From a virus (Duplodnaviria; Caudoviricetes): a stretch of DNA of 56,802 bases. Location: positions 1-56,802 of IMG/VR virus record IMGVR_UViG_3300049053_000110. The stretch is one strand, 5' to 3'. Below the pieces are notes generated by a model, which was not told the origin of the DNA, did not search any database, and saw only the letters and a list, made by a program, of their open reading frames with translations. A program made the translations under genes and the position numbers. Below are positions 48,166-56,802 of this stretch, piece after piece (positions within the stretch are counted from its first letter, which is position 1; each line of letters begins with the position of its first letter).

Positions 48166-48477
48166 ATGAAAAGAACATTTTTATCGATCGCTTTTTCAGT
48201 AGTAACAATGATTGCTTTTGCACAGGATAGCACAGCAAAAAAAGACACTGTGTACAAAGACAAGGTTGTACCTGTATATGTATTTGAAATAACAGACACA
48301 GTGCAAGTGGCAACACTTTTATACCAGGGAGAAAAAAACAAGGTTAAGTATTCCGCACCTGGCTATTACATCCGCAAAGGCCAAGCCGTGAAAACAGAAA
48401 AAGGTGCACAGTATGTAAAAGAGCCTGCCATCATTGGTGCGCTTGATGATAAGAAGCGACCAGTAAAACCGATATAA
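48166..48477 (+). CDS. Small exported protein
   Basis: Signal ..AFA|Q. Confidence 0.65.
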   Translation: MKRTFLSIAFSVVTMIAFAQDSTAKKDTVYKDKVVPVYVFEITDTVQVATLLYQGEKNKVKYSAPGYYIRKGQAVKTEKGAQYVKEPAIIGALDDKKRPVKPI

Positions 48478-48494
48478 AAAAAACACAAGCCATC

Positions 48495-49298
48495 ATGAAA
48501 AAACTAGCCACCATCGTTTTTATTTCCATCACTCTTTTTGCCTGTCAAAAGGAAACAATTAAGCCTTTATCATTTCAGCATAAAGAGCTGAACCACGACA
48601 GCCTTAAATACTTCTTTAAAGATTATCTCAGCGCAAAGAGAATAGTGAGAAGTGGAAAGTTTGCAAGCCTATCTACTGCAAGAACAAAAATTCCACGGGG
48701 TGCAAACGTTATCCTTGTTGATTTTGATGGTGGCGTATGTTCAGGTACTTCGTGGAATGTAAGCGGTGATATTAATTATGCACCGGCCAATCTTACAACC
48801 GATGAACAGCAAAGGGTTTTAGATAGTATGCAGATTGATTATGCGCCGTTCAATATCTACATAACGACAAGCGAACAGGCTTATAATAACGCTAACCAGT
48901 ACAAGCGTAGGCGTCTGATATTCACTACTACTTATGAATGGTATGGTAACAGTGCCGGTGGAGTTGCTTATACCGGTTCCTTTACATGGGGCGACGAATC
49001 GCCATGCTGGGTGTTTACTTCTCTTTTAAACTACAATGTCAAAAGCATTCTTGAAGCAGGGAGTCACGAAGCAGGCCATACTCTTGGTTTGAGGCATCAG
49101 GCCGTTTGGGACGACAGTTGTAATCTGGTAAGCTCATACAATTACGGATACGATGACGGTGTCACAAGTTGGGCTCCTATTATGGGTGTTGGGTATGATA
49201 GAAGATTAACTACCTGGCATATTGGCCCGACATCATTAGGCTGCAACAATATTCAGGACGATAAACAAATAATCGCCTCAGTAGTGGGGTATAAATAA
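48495..49298 (+). CDS. Lipoprotein metzincin zinc protease
   Basis: Lipobox LFAC; HEAGHTLGLRH; Met-turn PIMG. Confidence 0.8.
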   Translation: MKKLATIVFISITLFACQKETIKPLSFQHKELNHDSLKYFFKDYLSAKRIVRSGKFASLSTARTKIPRGANVILVDFDGGVCSGTSWNVSGDINYAPANLTTDEQQRVLDSMQIDYAPFNIYITTSEQAYNNANQYKRRRLIFTTTYEWYGNSAGGVAYTGSFTWGDESPCWVFTSLLNYNVKSILEAGSHEAGHTLGLRHQAVWDDSCNLVSSYNYGYDDGVTSWAPIMGVGYDRRLTTWHIGPTSLGCNNIQDDKQIIASVVGYK

Positions 49299-49304
49299 AA
49301 CGCC

Positions 49305-50114
49305 ATGAAAAAACTCTTTTACATTTTAACTCTCCTGACATTCTTCTTCTCTTGCACAAAAGAGGCAGCGAAAAATCAAATAAAAGAACCGTCAACAAAA
49401 CATCTTTCTTACACGGAAAGACCAAAGACAATAGTATTTAAAGTTGTTGATGGGAAGGAGGACAAATCAGCTAGATTATCCACACTAGCAAGCATCGGTC
49501 AGGTTTGGATGGAACATTGTTATAATCTTGACACGGTTAAGGAAATAAGAACCACGGTAAATATTATTGGGCTTGGCGGCGGGCAATCTACAAAATCAGC
49601 ATGGGAAGCTTCTACTACTAATAACGATTACTGGTCACAATTTGGCTGGCAGACATTTGGAGGAAGAAATGTCTGGGCTTGGATGGCTCTTACAAATGGA
49701 CAGCCAAATGTCCCTTCATACACGCACCTTAATTATGCGCCTCCCTGCACCAAAGGCATTCATGTTCTTTCTCAAAAAATTACAGACACAGGAAGCGTGG
49801 TTTTAGGTATTGATGGTATAGAGATAATCGCCCTGAATCTAGGTGCCAAATATTTCAGACAAACAGAAGTTGCAACGGAGGCATCTTATTCAGTTGATGC
49901 CCCAAACTTTCCAACAGTTGATTGGGTAAAGACTTTTGAAAAGAAAGAAAACGGGGTATGGAAAGATTTCGATTATGCTCTTTATGCTGGTTCGGGCGGA
50001 TGGGGAACGGCGGGTAATAGCCAAGATATCAAGTTGGCTAAAGGAAGAGTGCTTATGAGTAGTAAGGTAAAGTCAAGGCCAAGTACCGGCGATTATCTGT
50101 ACAAAAGAGTTTAA
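49305..50114 (+). CDS. Lipoprotein of unknown function
   Basis: Lipobox FFSC. Confidence 0.7.
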   Translation: MKKLFYILTLLTFFFSCTKEAAKNQIKEPSTKHLSYTERPKTIVFKVVDGKEDKSARLSTLASIGQVWMEHCYNLDTVKEIRTTVNIIGLGGGQSTKSAWEASTTNNDYWSQFGWQTFGGRNVWAWMALTNGQPNVPSYTHLNYAPPCTKGIHVLSQKITDTGSVVLGIDGIEIIALNLGAKYFRQTEVATEASYSVDAPNFPTVDWVKTFEKKENGVWKDFDYALYAGSGGWGTAGNSQDIKLAKGRVLMSSKVKSRPSTGDYLYKRV

Positions 50115-50232
50115 ATAAAAACCGGCTGTCCACTATACAGCCGGCATGCATGTAAAACATTTTATAAACAAGCCACCACTCATCCACCTAATGAGTAAGG
50201 GTAGTGAGTGGCAACAAAAATTAGACCGCCTT

Positions 50233-50526
50233 ATGGAATTAACTATGATAATGCAATTGCTTTCGGCTGGGTTTGTAGCTGGCATTACATGGCTTTTGAG
50301 TAGATCAAAAAGCAAAGCCGAAATAGCCAAAATGAAGGAGCAGACGGCTCATGTGTATTTGCAGAATGTGGAAGATGCCGTTAGCCTGTGGAAGGGTATT
50401 GCAAAAGATTTGGAATTGCAGGTAATCAATTTAACCAAAGAGGTTAAGATGCTTCGTGAAGAAAACCATGAGTTGAAAATTGCTTATGAGAAACTAGAAA
50501 AGGCGATTGAAAAAAATGTGAATTAA
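50233..50526 (+). CDS. TM plus coiled-coil protein (lysis-module, holin-associated)
   Basis: N-terminal TM helix and coiled coil; ATG 50233 preferred. Confidence 0.55.
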   Translation: MELTMIMQLLSAGFVAGITWLLSRSKSKAEIAKMKEQTAHVYLQNVEDAVSLWKGIAKDLELQVINLTKEVKMLREENHELKIAYEKLEKAIEKNVN

Positions 50527-50545
50527 ACCACCTAAAACAAAGTAT

Positions 50546-50917
50546 ATGAACTTAGATTATTTGCTCCCTGGATTTCTTGGACTGTTACTTCAGGTATTTG
50601 CAATAAAGCTGCCCTACGCAAAAAAGAAGGCCACTGTTGCCAATTATCCTTTCTCTTTTAAATGCTGGATATTGGATGAGTGGACTGTTATTGTCGGGAA
50701 TATCGTTTCTGTTTTATTGCTGCTCGTATTGATTGACAACCTCATCGCATTAAAGCCCGGGTTAAAGAATTACATAGAATTTCTATTTGCTTTCGTCGGC
50801 TTTACTGGTAGTTCCATTTTCATGGCTGCGTTCAGTGCTTTTGATAAAAAAGTAATGAAGGTAATAGATGAAAAAACAAATATCGCGGACGGCATTACTC
50901 CACCTGGAAAAAATTAA
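50546..50917 (+). CDS. Putative holin
   Basis: Three TM segments and a charged C-terminus, in the lysis region. Confidence 0.55.
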   Translation: MNLDYLLPGFLGLLLQVFAIKLPYAKKKATVANYPFSFKCWILDEWTVIVGNIVSVLLLLVLIDNLIALKPGLKNYIEFLFAFVGFTGSSIFMAAFSAFDKKVMKVIDEKTNIADGITPPGKN

Positions 50918-50919
50918 TC

Positions 50920-51576
50920 ATGAAACCTATCCACCTGTTTTTTTGTGCTTTCTTTTTTATCCTTGGATTACTATTGGGATGCAATGGTTGTGGCAACTCT
51001 GGATCGATTGAAGTGAAAAAAACTACAAGCGACAGCAATGTTATTATACTTCCTCCTGAACGATCTGAAATAACACAGCCGGAAATTGCTGATAAGAAAA
51101 AGGATAAATCGTTTCCTTTTGTTACAATGCCAGTGCCGGTGATTCCGGTACCATCTGGCAATTATGACTCATTGTTAAACGAATTCAATGCACTCGCTGC
51201 AGCGTTAAAAGAAGTATGGCGCCAGTTCGATGAGCAAAAGAATTACACGCAATCATTCCGATTTAAAAACGGCGTAGTTGGCTTTTCCGGTAGTGTGTAT
51301 CAAAATAATTTATTCAACCTCCAAGCAACTCTCGACAGCGTAAAGGAAACTACCATTACCAACACAGTTTATGAGAGGGAGAAAAAGAGAAACCAATTCT
51401 CTTTGGGGCTGGGCGGTATTTACAATAATGACACTAGGATTTTAAGTGTGGGCGGTAGTGTTTTGTTGAAAACAAAAAATGGTCGCATGTACAACGCTGG
51501 AGCTTATGTAGGAACCGACAGAACCATAAGTTACAAGGTAGAGGCATACTTCCCAATATCATTTCGTAAACAATAA
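50920..51576 (+). CDS. Putative spanin-like membrane/lipoprotein
   Basis: N-terminal hydrophobic segment with Cys, coiled coil, beta-rich C-terminus. Confidence 0.4.
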   Translation: MKPIHLFFCAFFFILGLLLGCNGCGNSGSIEVKKTTSDSNVIILPPERSEITQPEIADKKKDKSFPFVTMPVPVIPVPSGNYDSLLNEFNALAAALKEVWRQFDEQKNYTQSFRFKNGVVGFSGSVYQNNLFNLQATLDSVKETTITNTVYEREKKRNQFSLGLGGIYNNDTRILSVGGSVLLKTKNGRMYNAGAYVGTDRTISYKVEAYFPISFRKQ

Positions 51577-51601
51577 TTTTTAATAATCAAATTTTCAGAT
51601 C

Positions 51602-51991
51602 ATGAAAAAACATTTCTTCAGCGGATTAGTAAGCTGGTTTAGCAGGTTAACAGACGGCCAAAAGTTAGTAGGTATAGTGAGCGCTATCCTGCTGTTTTCT
51701 TTACTCTATTGGGGCCTCAATGGTGACGGTGGTATTACCGGTTTTCAGGTATTAGCTAGGCAAAAAGGCGGATTTTGGCTTGGGTTAATCATCTCTGTTA
51801 TTGCTATTGGCGTTCTTGTGTATTTTATGATACGTCATTACAGCAAGACACAGGATGGAAGTTCTACTACTGCATTCTTAATTGCCATTGCCATTTTTAT
51901 GGGCATCGCATTTGGTAAAGGTTGCACGGATAAGGCAAATGGCGGTACAACAGCAGGTAAAGGCCGACCATCAACAGAACAAACGAAGTAA
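51602..51991 (+). CDS. Membrane protein
   Basis: Three TM segments. Confidence 0.6.
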   Translation: MKKHFFSGLVSWFSRLTDGQKLVGIVSAILLFSLLYWGLNGDGGITGFQVLARQKGGFWLGLIISVIAIGVLVYFMIRHYSKTQDGSSTTAFLIAIAIFMGIAFGKGCTDKANGGTTAGKGRPSTEQTK

Positions 51992-52443
51992 TGCAAACTG
52001 TACTTTTTATCACCACTTGGTTTGTTAGCCTCTTAGCCTTCTGGCTATTCATCCGGTTCCTGGTTGGTCAGCAAACCGCGTGGTTGTTGTACATGCGTGA
52101 GAACATAGGCAGGCCAAACAAGATTGAAAAGCCCTTGCATGATGGTAACCTTAAGCTGGCAATAGTAATCGCTGGAGTGCTATCATTAGTGCAATGGATA
52201 ACTGGAGCCTGGTACTATGCTTTAATGTTCGGTGTACAATGCATTCCTTTTTGGAGTTTGGTTTTTGATCGCATGATCAATGATGCTATGGGTAACGATA
52301 AGGATTATGTCGGTACTGGTGCTAAAACAGATTTATGGGTTAGCGAGACATTCACCGGCGAAAAGAAGAACCTGTATTGTATGATCGCTATTATTTTGAT
52401 CAATGCATCAGCAATTACCATTCTTATTTTTCGAACCTATTAA
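51991..52443 (+). CDS. Membrane protein
   Basis: Several TM segments. Confidence 0.6.
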   Translation: MQTVLFITTWFVSLLAFWLFIRFLVGQQTAWLLYMRENIGRPNKIEKPLHDGNLKLAIVIAGVLSLVQWITGAWYYALMFGVQCIPFWSLVFDRMINDAMGNDKDYVGTGAKTDLWVSETFTGEKKNLYCMIAIILINASAITILIFRTY

Positions 52444-52452
52444 AACCGTCCA

Positions 52453-53148
52453 ATGATTGCCACCACCACTAAAAATAAAATCCTCTCTATCGTATCAGTA
52501 TTTGAGACATCAAGCCTAAATCCCCGATATGATATTCTTGTCGTGCTCAATGATGGACCTCATAGGAAACCCCAAATCACGTTTGGTAAGCACCAGACGA
52601 CGGAGTACGGCAATTTGAAAGTATTGCTGCAGATGTATGATGCAGTAGGTGGACTTTATGCAAAAGAGTTCAAGCAATATCTGCCACTGATAGGAATAAA
52701 GCCGTTATCAAACAACGAAACTTTTAAATACTGGTTGAAACAAGCCGGCAAGGATCCTGTTATGATAAGAGTCCAGGACAAGTTCTTTGATCAAATGTAT
52801 TGGGCGCCTGCCGAGAAGTTTTTTAATGATAATAAATTCACTCTCCCCCTTTCAATGGCGGTTATCTATGACAGCTATATCCATTCCGGTAGTATTCCGG
52901 CCTGGCTGCGTGATGATTTCTCGGAAGTGCCGCCTGCAAAAGGCGGTGATGAAAAAGCCTGGATAACTGCTTATGTAAATACCCGTGATTACTGGCTGGA
53001 GCATCATTCAAATAAAATACTAAACAACACCGATTACAGAACCGACACCTGGAAGGATTGCATTGCTGCAAATGACTGGCAGTTATTAAAGCCGGTAGTT
53101 TGTAAGTTCAATTCTTCTGTTCCTTCCAAGTGGATCACAATACCATAG
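52453..53148 (+). CDS. GH46 chitosanase-like endolysin
   Basis: VSVFETS, DG..ITFG, QD.FF..Y..PA, YDSYIHSG motifs. Confidence 0.7.
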   Translation: MIATTTKNKILSIVSVFETSSLNPRYDILVVLNDGPHRKPQITFGKHQTTEYGNLKVLLQMYDAVGGLYAKEFKQYLPLIGIKPLSNNETFKYWLKQAGKDPVMIRVQDKFFDQMYWAPAEKFFNDNKFTLPLSMAVIYDSYIHSGSIPAWLRDDFSEVPPAKGGDEKAWITAYVNTRDYWLEHHSNKILNNTDYRTDTWKDCIAANDWQLLKPVVCKFNSSVPSKWITIP

Positions 53149-53151
53149 TTT

Positions 53152-55341
53152 ATGAAGAAACTAACCACCATTCTTTTAATTTTCTTGTCAATTTTCACCA
53201 CCACCGTTAACTCACAAACTAAAATTCCTATTTACCCTCAATATCTATGGGAAATCAATAATGGAAATCCTGAAGGTTTGTGGATGCTTTTTGACGGCAT
53301 AACTAACCATTGGGTAGAAGATGGTTGGGGAAAAATATTTAAAGATTATGACGTGTATTATGAGTTTCCGGAGGCCCAGGGTGTGACGCTTACAAAAATG
53401 CGTGCCCATGACTTTGAGGCTTCGACAACTACACCAACAAAATTTTATTACTCCACCGTCGATAAACCTTTTGAGTTTGTAAAATTCTATGAGTTTTACG
53501 GACCCGATTATTTGTTCTGGCATGATATACCAATGCTTAATGTAAAAGTGAAGTATATAAAGATTGAATGTATCAATGGATTTCTTCCCACTGAACTCGA
53601 GTTCTTTGGTTCATATAATGCCTCATTTGTTGTACCTGCATTAAAGACGCCAAGGCGATATCCTTTCAAAAACATGGTAGGTGTGAACGGTAAGGTGTGG
53701 AGTGTTGGCGGTCCAAAATCAAATGGTGTGTATTTGAATGGTGAAGTAGATTTCAATAAAGTAGCACTGATCAAAAAGACATTTAAAACCTTCCGATTCT
53801 ATGCAGAAAAAAGCATGTATGAAATCGATAAAGACCGATATGCTTTTGCTCCAACTCCTAATGGTGGGTGGAACTATGATAAAGTGCTCACAGCATTAAA
53901 AGATGCCGGCGTTGAAGTGTTGTTTGATATCAAAGAATTACCTCTATGGCAGATGCAAACCTATCCGGTTGCTGAGCAACGTGGCGAACTGGCACCGGTG
54001 AATTATGGTGCAAGTAAAGAACTGGTTGAATCATATAGAAGTGATGGACAAACCTTTTTCCAGGTAACAGCAAGGTATGGCCGCTCACAGGTAAATTCTT
54101 CACTGTTAAAAACCGATGATAAAAAAACAGGCCTTGACCTAATACATAAAATTGAAGTCAATAATGAGACCAATGCATATTGGGGTGGTCTGCTTCGCTA
54201 TCAAACACCTTATGAATACGTGATGAATCTTTCTGTTGTTTACGATGGCCACAAAGGAACGATGGGTCCGGGAGTAGGTGTAAAGACAGCTGATCCTACA
54301 ATGAAAGTAATCATGGGTGGAAGTGCCGGCGCCGATGCATTTTATTTAAGAGGCATTATCATGGCCTGTGAACAAATCAGAGGTCGCAAAGCTGACGGTA
54401 CAATTGATGTTCCTTTTGATGGAATAAATTACCATTGCTATCAGTCAAATGCCAACATGCCTCCTTATCCAACCATTTATAGCTGTAAGGCAGGAAGTCC
54501 GGAAAGCACCAACTTAAAAAAGCTGCAGGAAGACATTGAATGGTTGAAGCAACAGTATATGACTGAAAATATTGAGGTATGGCAGACCGAGACGGGTTAT
54601 GATATTCATCCGGAAAGCAATGGAGCGCCGGTACCTCTACCTGGCATGGATGTAGAGCATACTGTTGCTGCTTTCGACGTGCGCACTTCTTTGCTTTATG
54701 CTGCTACAGGACTTTATGCGTTGGATTATTATATGATGGAAGATGTTCGATGGAGTAGTGAACTGTACACAACCAGCGGAATGGTGGATGCTAATTACAT
54801 GGCAAGGCTTCATACACAATACCTGCATCAAGCAGTAAAGTTTTTAGGAGAATACACCTTTAGCAGATGGATAAGTGAGAGCCCTCGCATTGCTGAATTT
54901 GATAGTGCTGGCGTTAAAAGGTATGCAGCCTGGCATGAAACAAGCAATGGCAAAACATCTGTTTACTCACTGCCCAATACCACGTTTAAAGTGTACGGAT
55001 TGGATGGAAGCATCGTTCCCAAAGATGTGGTTACAATTACTGAGACACCAGTGTTTTTTGATAAAATCAATTTAACTGCACTACCAATTAACAACCCGCC
55101 AAAAGGTAAAGGCCCACGTAAAAAAGATGAGCCGATAATATTAGCCTATCCAAACCCTGCACCGGATTATATTATTTATGAAAAAATGAAAAACGAAGTA
55201 GTGCACATCTATCACATGAGCGGCCAATTGGTGCGTGTAACAAAGGCAGATGCAAAAGGGAAAATCAATACTCAAAATCTTACACTTGGTATTTATACTG
55301 CATTAAGTCAAACTAATGTGATGCAGTTTAAAAAGCAGTAA
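53152..55341 (+). CDS. Secreted clan-A-like glycoside hydrolase with a T9SS C-terminal domain
   Basis: Signal peptide; VNNET acid/base, INYHCY, WQTETG nucleophile; C-terminal AYPNPA..IY.MSGQLV..GIY. Confidence 0.7.
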   Translation: MKKLTTILLIFLSIFTTTVNSQTKIPIYPQYLWEINNGNPEGLWMLFDGITNHWVEDGWGKIFKDYDVYYEFPEAQGVTLTKMRAHDFEASTTTPTKFYYSTVDKPFEFVKFYEFYGPDYLFWHDIPMLNVKVKYIKIECINGFLPTELEFFGSYNASFVVPALKTPRRYPFKNMVGVNGKVWSVGGPKSNGVYLNGEVDFNKVALIKKTFKTFRFYAEKSMYEIDKDRYAFAPTPNGGWNYDKVLTALKDAGVEVLFDIKELPLWQMQTYPVAEQRGELAPVNYGASKELVESYRSDGQTFFQVTARYGRSQVNSSLLKTDDKKTGLDLIHKIEVNNETNAYWGGLLRYQTPYEYVMNLSVVYDGHKGTMGPGVGVKTADPTMKVIMGGSAGADAFYLRGIIMACEQIRGRKADGTIDVPFDGINYHCYQSNANMPPYPTIYSCKAGSPESTNLKKLQEDIEWLKQQYMTENIEVWQTETGYDIHPESNGAPVPLPGMDVEHTVAAFDVRTSLLYAATGLYALDYYMMEDVRWSSELYTTSGMVDANYMARLHTQYLHQAVKFLGEYTFSRWISESPRIAEFDSAGVKRYAAWHETSNGKTSVYSLPNTTFKVYGLDGSIVPKDVVTITETPVFFDKINLTALPINNPPKGKGPRKKDEPIILAYPNPAPDYIIYEKMKNEVVHIYHMSGQLVRVTKADAKGKINTQNLTLGIYTALSQTNVMQFKKQ

Positions 55342-55376
55342 CATTCTTTCTCATCGGCAAGCAATCGTTAGCAAAC

Positions 55377-55405
55377 GGCCTGTAGTTTCTACTACGGGCT
55401 TTTTT
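55377..55405 (+). terminator. Rho-independent terminator
   Basis: GCCTGTAGT-TTCT-ACTACGGGC followed by a T-tract. Confidence 0.65.
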
Positions 55406-55623
55406 ATGTGGAATATTTTTTGCTGCAATTCTTTTATGGTCAACTTCATTCAGCAATACATACAGGACCAACTATCTCCGCACATTAACTACAATACCAA
55501 GCTGTCAAAAGCGGACCTGATTAATATTTTATACACCGCAGGAAAGAAAAAGCTTTTACGCATTGTTTTTCCTGTTGGCTTCAATTGGGTAAAGAAGGAT
55601 TCGAGCGGTGATGTTACTTTCGG

Positions 55624-56802
55624 CTAAATCTTTTTTGTTTTACTATGAAGTTCTTTTAGATCAATGTCAACTCCAAGGTCACGCACATACTTTGCTGTAG
55701 TGGCAATATCAGTGTGACGCATTAGCCGCATTATTTCAATCAACTTTACACCTTCTCTAAGCAAGTGGACGGCTCGAGTGTGCTTGAAGCCATATAGGGT
55801 GTAATCTTCACTCAACCCCATTTCCTTTCTGACATTTTGAAAGCGGCGGGCAAAGAAGTTTTTTCCGCATGGCCTTGGGCTCGGATTTAAAACAGGCGAA
55901 AAAATATAATGGTTTTTGTTTGCTTCAAGCAATCCCATTTCCTGCATTACATTTTTTAAATGCGGGTCTATTGGCACCAGGTCGTCACGGTCCGACTTGG
56001 TTACTTCTGCCCGAAATAAAAAGTTTTCTCCCTCATCGAGTATGTCACCCACCTTAATTGCCATGAGCTCTTTTTCTGACCGGACACATAAGTAATAAAC
56101 AAACTGCACGGCATACCATAGGTAAGGCTGATTGGTTTTTATTACATGGGTTACTTTGGGGAATAGTTGCTTGTCGTAATACTTGTGTTTTTTGGACCTG
56201 GTTTTTAAGCTCTCGATATCTTCCACCGGATTTTTTTCAATGAGCTCTTTTTTACGCAGGAATTCAAACACGGTATAGATAACACTTTTCAGATTGTTGT
56301 ATTGCCGGTTGCCCCATTTCTTTTCTTCCTTATTTTGCTCTAGCAGGTTTTCAATGTGCTGCTTTCTTACTTTGTTAATTGGTTGTGCGAGCAATCCTTT
56401 TGAAGAAAAGTATTCCCTGATCAATTCAACTGCGTATCGACACTTCTGCATGGTACCTTGCTCAAGGCCTCGCTTACCATACTTATCCAAGAAAAACTCG
56501 AGCGCCGATTTTATTGTTATAATGCCAGGGTTGGGCGCAACGCCTTCCATGGCCAATTGCATCTGTTCTTTATTGAAAGGATTGAATCCATTTTTAAGTG
56601 CTTCGTTTACGGCATCTAATAACAATGCTGCATGCTCTTCATCTTTATAGCGGTTAACATCTTCATTCACTTTGAAGCGCTCCCATTCCTTATTATCATG
56701 TAAAGGGCGCAGTTCTGCAGGTATCCGGTAGTAATATTCGATGTACCAGCGCTTGCCTTTTACCAGCTTTGCCGGTCGGTAATCAATGTACTTCATTGGC
56801 AC
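55624..56802 (-). CDS. int: Tyrosine integrase (5' end at the window edge)
   Basis: Catalytic R (CVRS), K (VTKS), Y..KHT (variant of HxxR), H (MRHT), Y (AKYV). Confidence 0.9.
   Translation of the reverse strand: MPMKYIDYRPAKLVKGKRWYIEYYYRIPAELRPLHDNKEWERFKVNEDVNRYKDEEHAALLLDAVNEALKNGFNPFNKEQMQLAMEGVAPNPGIITIKSALEFFLDKYGKRGLEQGTMQKCRYAVELIREYFSSKGLLAQPINKVRKQHIENLLEQNKEEKKWGNRQYNNLKSVIYTVFEFLRKKELIEKNPVEDIESLKTRSKKHKYYDKQLFPKVTHVIKTNQPYLWYAVQFVYYLCVRSEKELMAIKVGDILDEGENFLFRAEVTKSDRDDLVPIDPHLKNVMQEMGLLEANKNHYIFSPVLNPSPRPCGKNFFARRFQNVRKEMGLSEDYTLYGFKHTRAVHLLREGVKLIEIMRLMRHTDIATTAKYVRDLGVDIDLKELHSKTKKI

Larger units (their letters stand above)
1..56802. mobile_element. Temperate siphovirus-like phage/prophage, probable Bacteroidota host
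   Basis: Ordered modules for replication, terminase, portal, capsid, tail with tape measure, lysis and tyrosine integrase. No host housekeeping genes seen. The repressor is not in the window. Confidence 0.95.

Noticed and set aside
41626-50114. Diversity-generating retroelement or shufflon acting on fibre genes
   Set aside because: No reverse transcriptase, invertase or TR/VR pair seen; the repeats are short intragenic protein repeats.
55406-55627. 73-aa ORF before the integrase end
   Set aside because: Starts immediately after a terminator and has no motif; cannot be supported.
3331-56650. Numerous minus-strand and nested ORFs in the track
   Set aside because: Shadows of well-supported genes, with no motifs or independent signals.
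1-56802. Genome-wide stop-codon reassignment
   Set aside because: Long genes are intact in code 11, and TAA, TAG and TGA all terminate genes.

Overview
This window is a near-complete temperate siphovirus-type phage or prophage, almost all on the + strand. The host is probably a Bacteroidota member, judging by TAnnTTTG promoters, signal peptides cleaved before Gln, and a T9SS-type C-terminal domain. Gene order: Cro-like switch; structured non-coding leader with a tRNA-like element; recombination genes (Sak4-like ATPase, PD-(D/E)XK nuclease, NinB-like); frameshifted DNA methyltransferase; SF2 helicase with a LAGLIDADG intein; replication initiator with iterons plus a DnaC-like loader; accessory genes; an unusual tRNA; DUF932 and two PAPS-reductase-like genes; terminase; portal; head; tail (with a -1 frameshift chaperone); exported fibre-like proteins and lipoproteins; lysis genes (GH46-like endolysin); a T9SS glycoside hydrolase; and a tyrosine integrase on the - strand. 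The main finding is a phage tRNA (17870-17944) with an initiator-type body (C1xA72, G2:C71, C3:G70, A11:U24, A73) but a Val anticodon (GAC) and an abnormal U37. Two ORFs without a usable ATG, the large terminase and a 29-aa peptide, each have an in-frame GTC within a YYGAGTCA context complementary to the whole anticodon loop. This suggests a phage-private translation-initiation code that gates DNA packaging. All calls come from reading the sequence; no searches were run.
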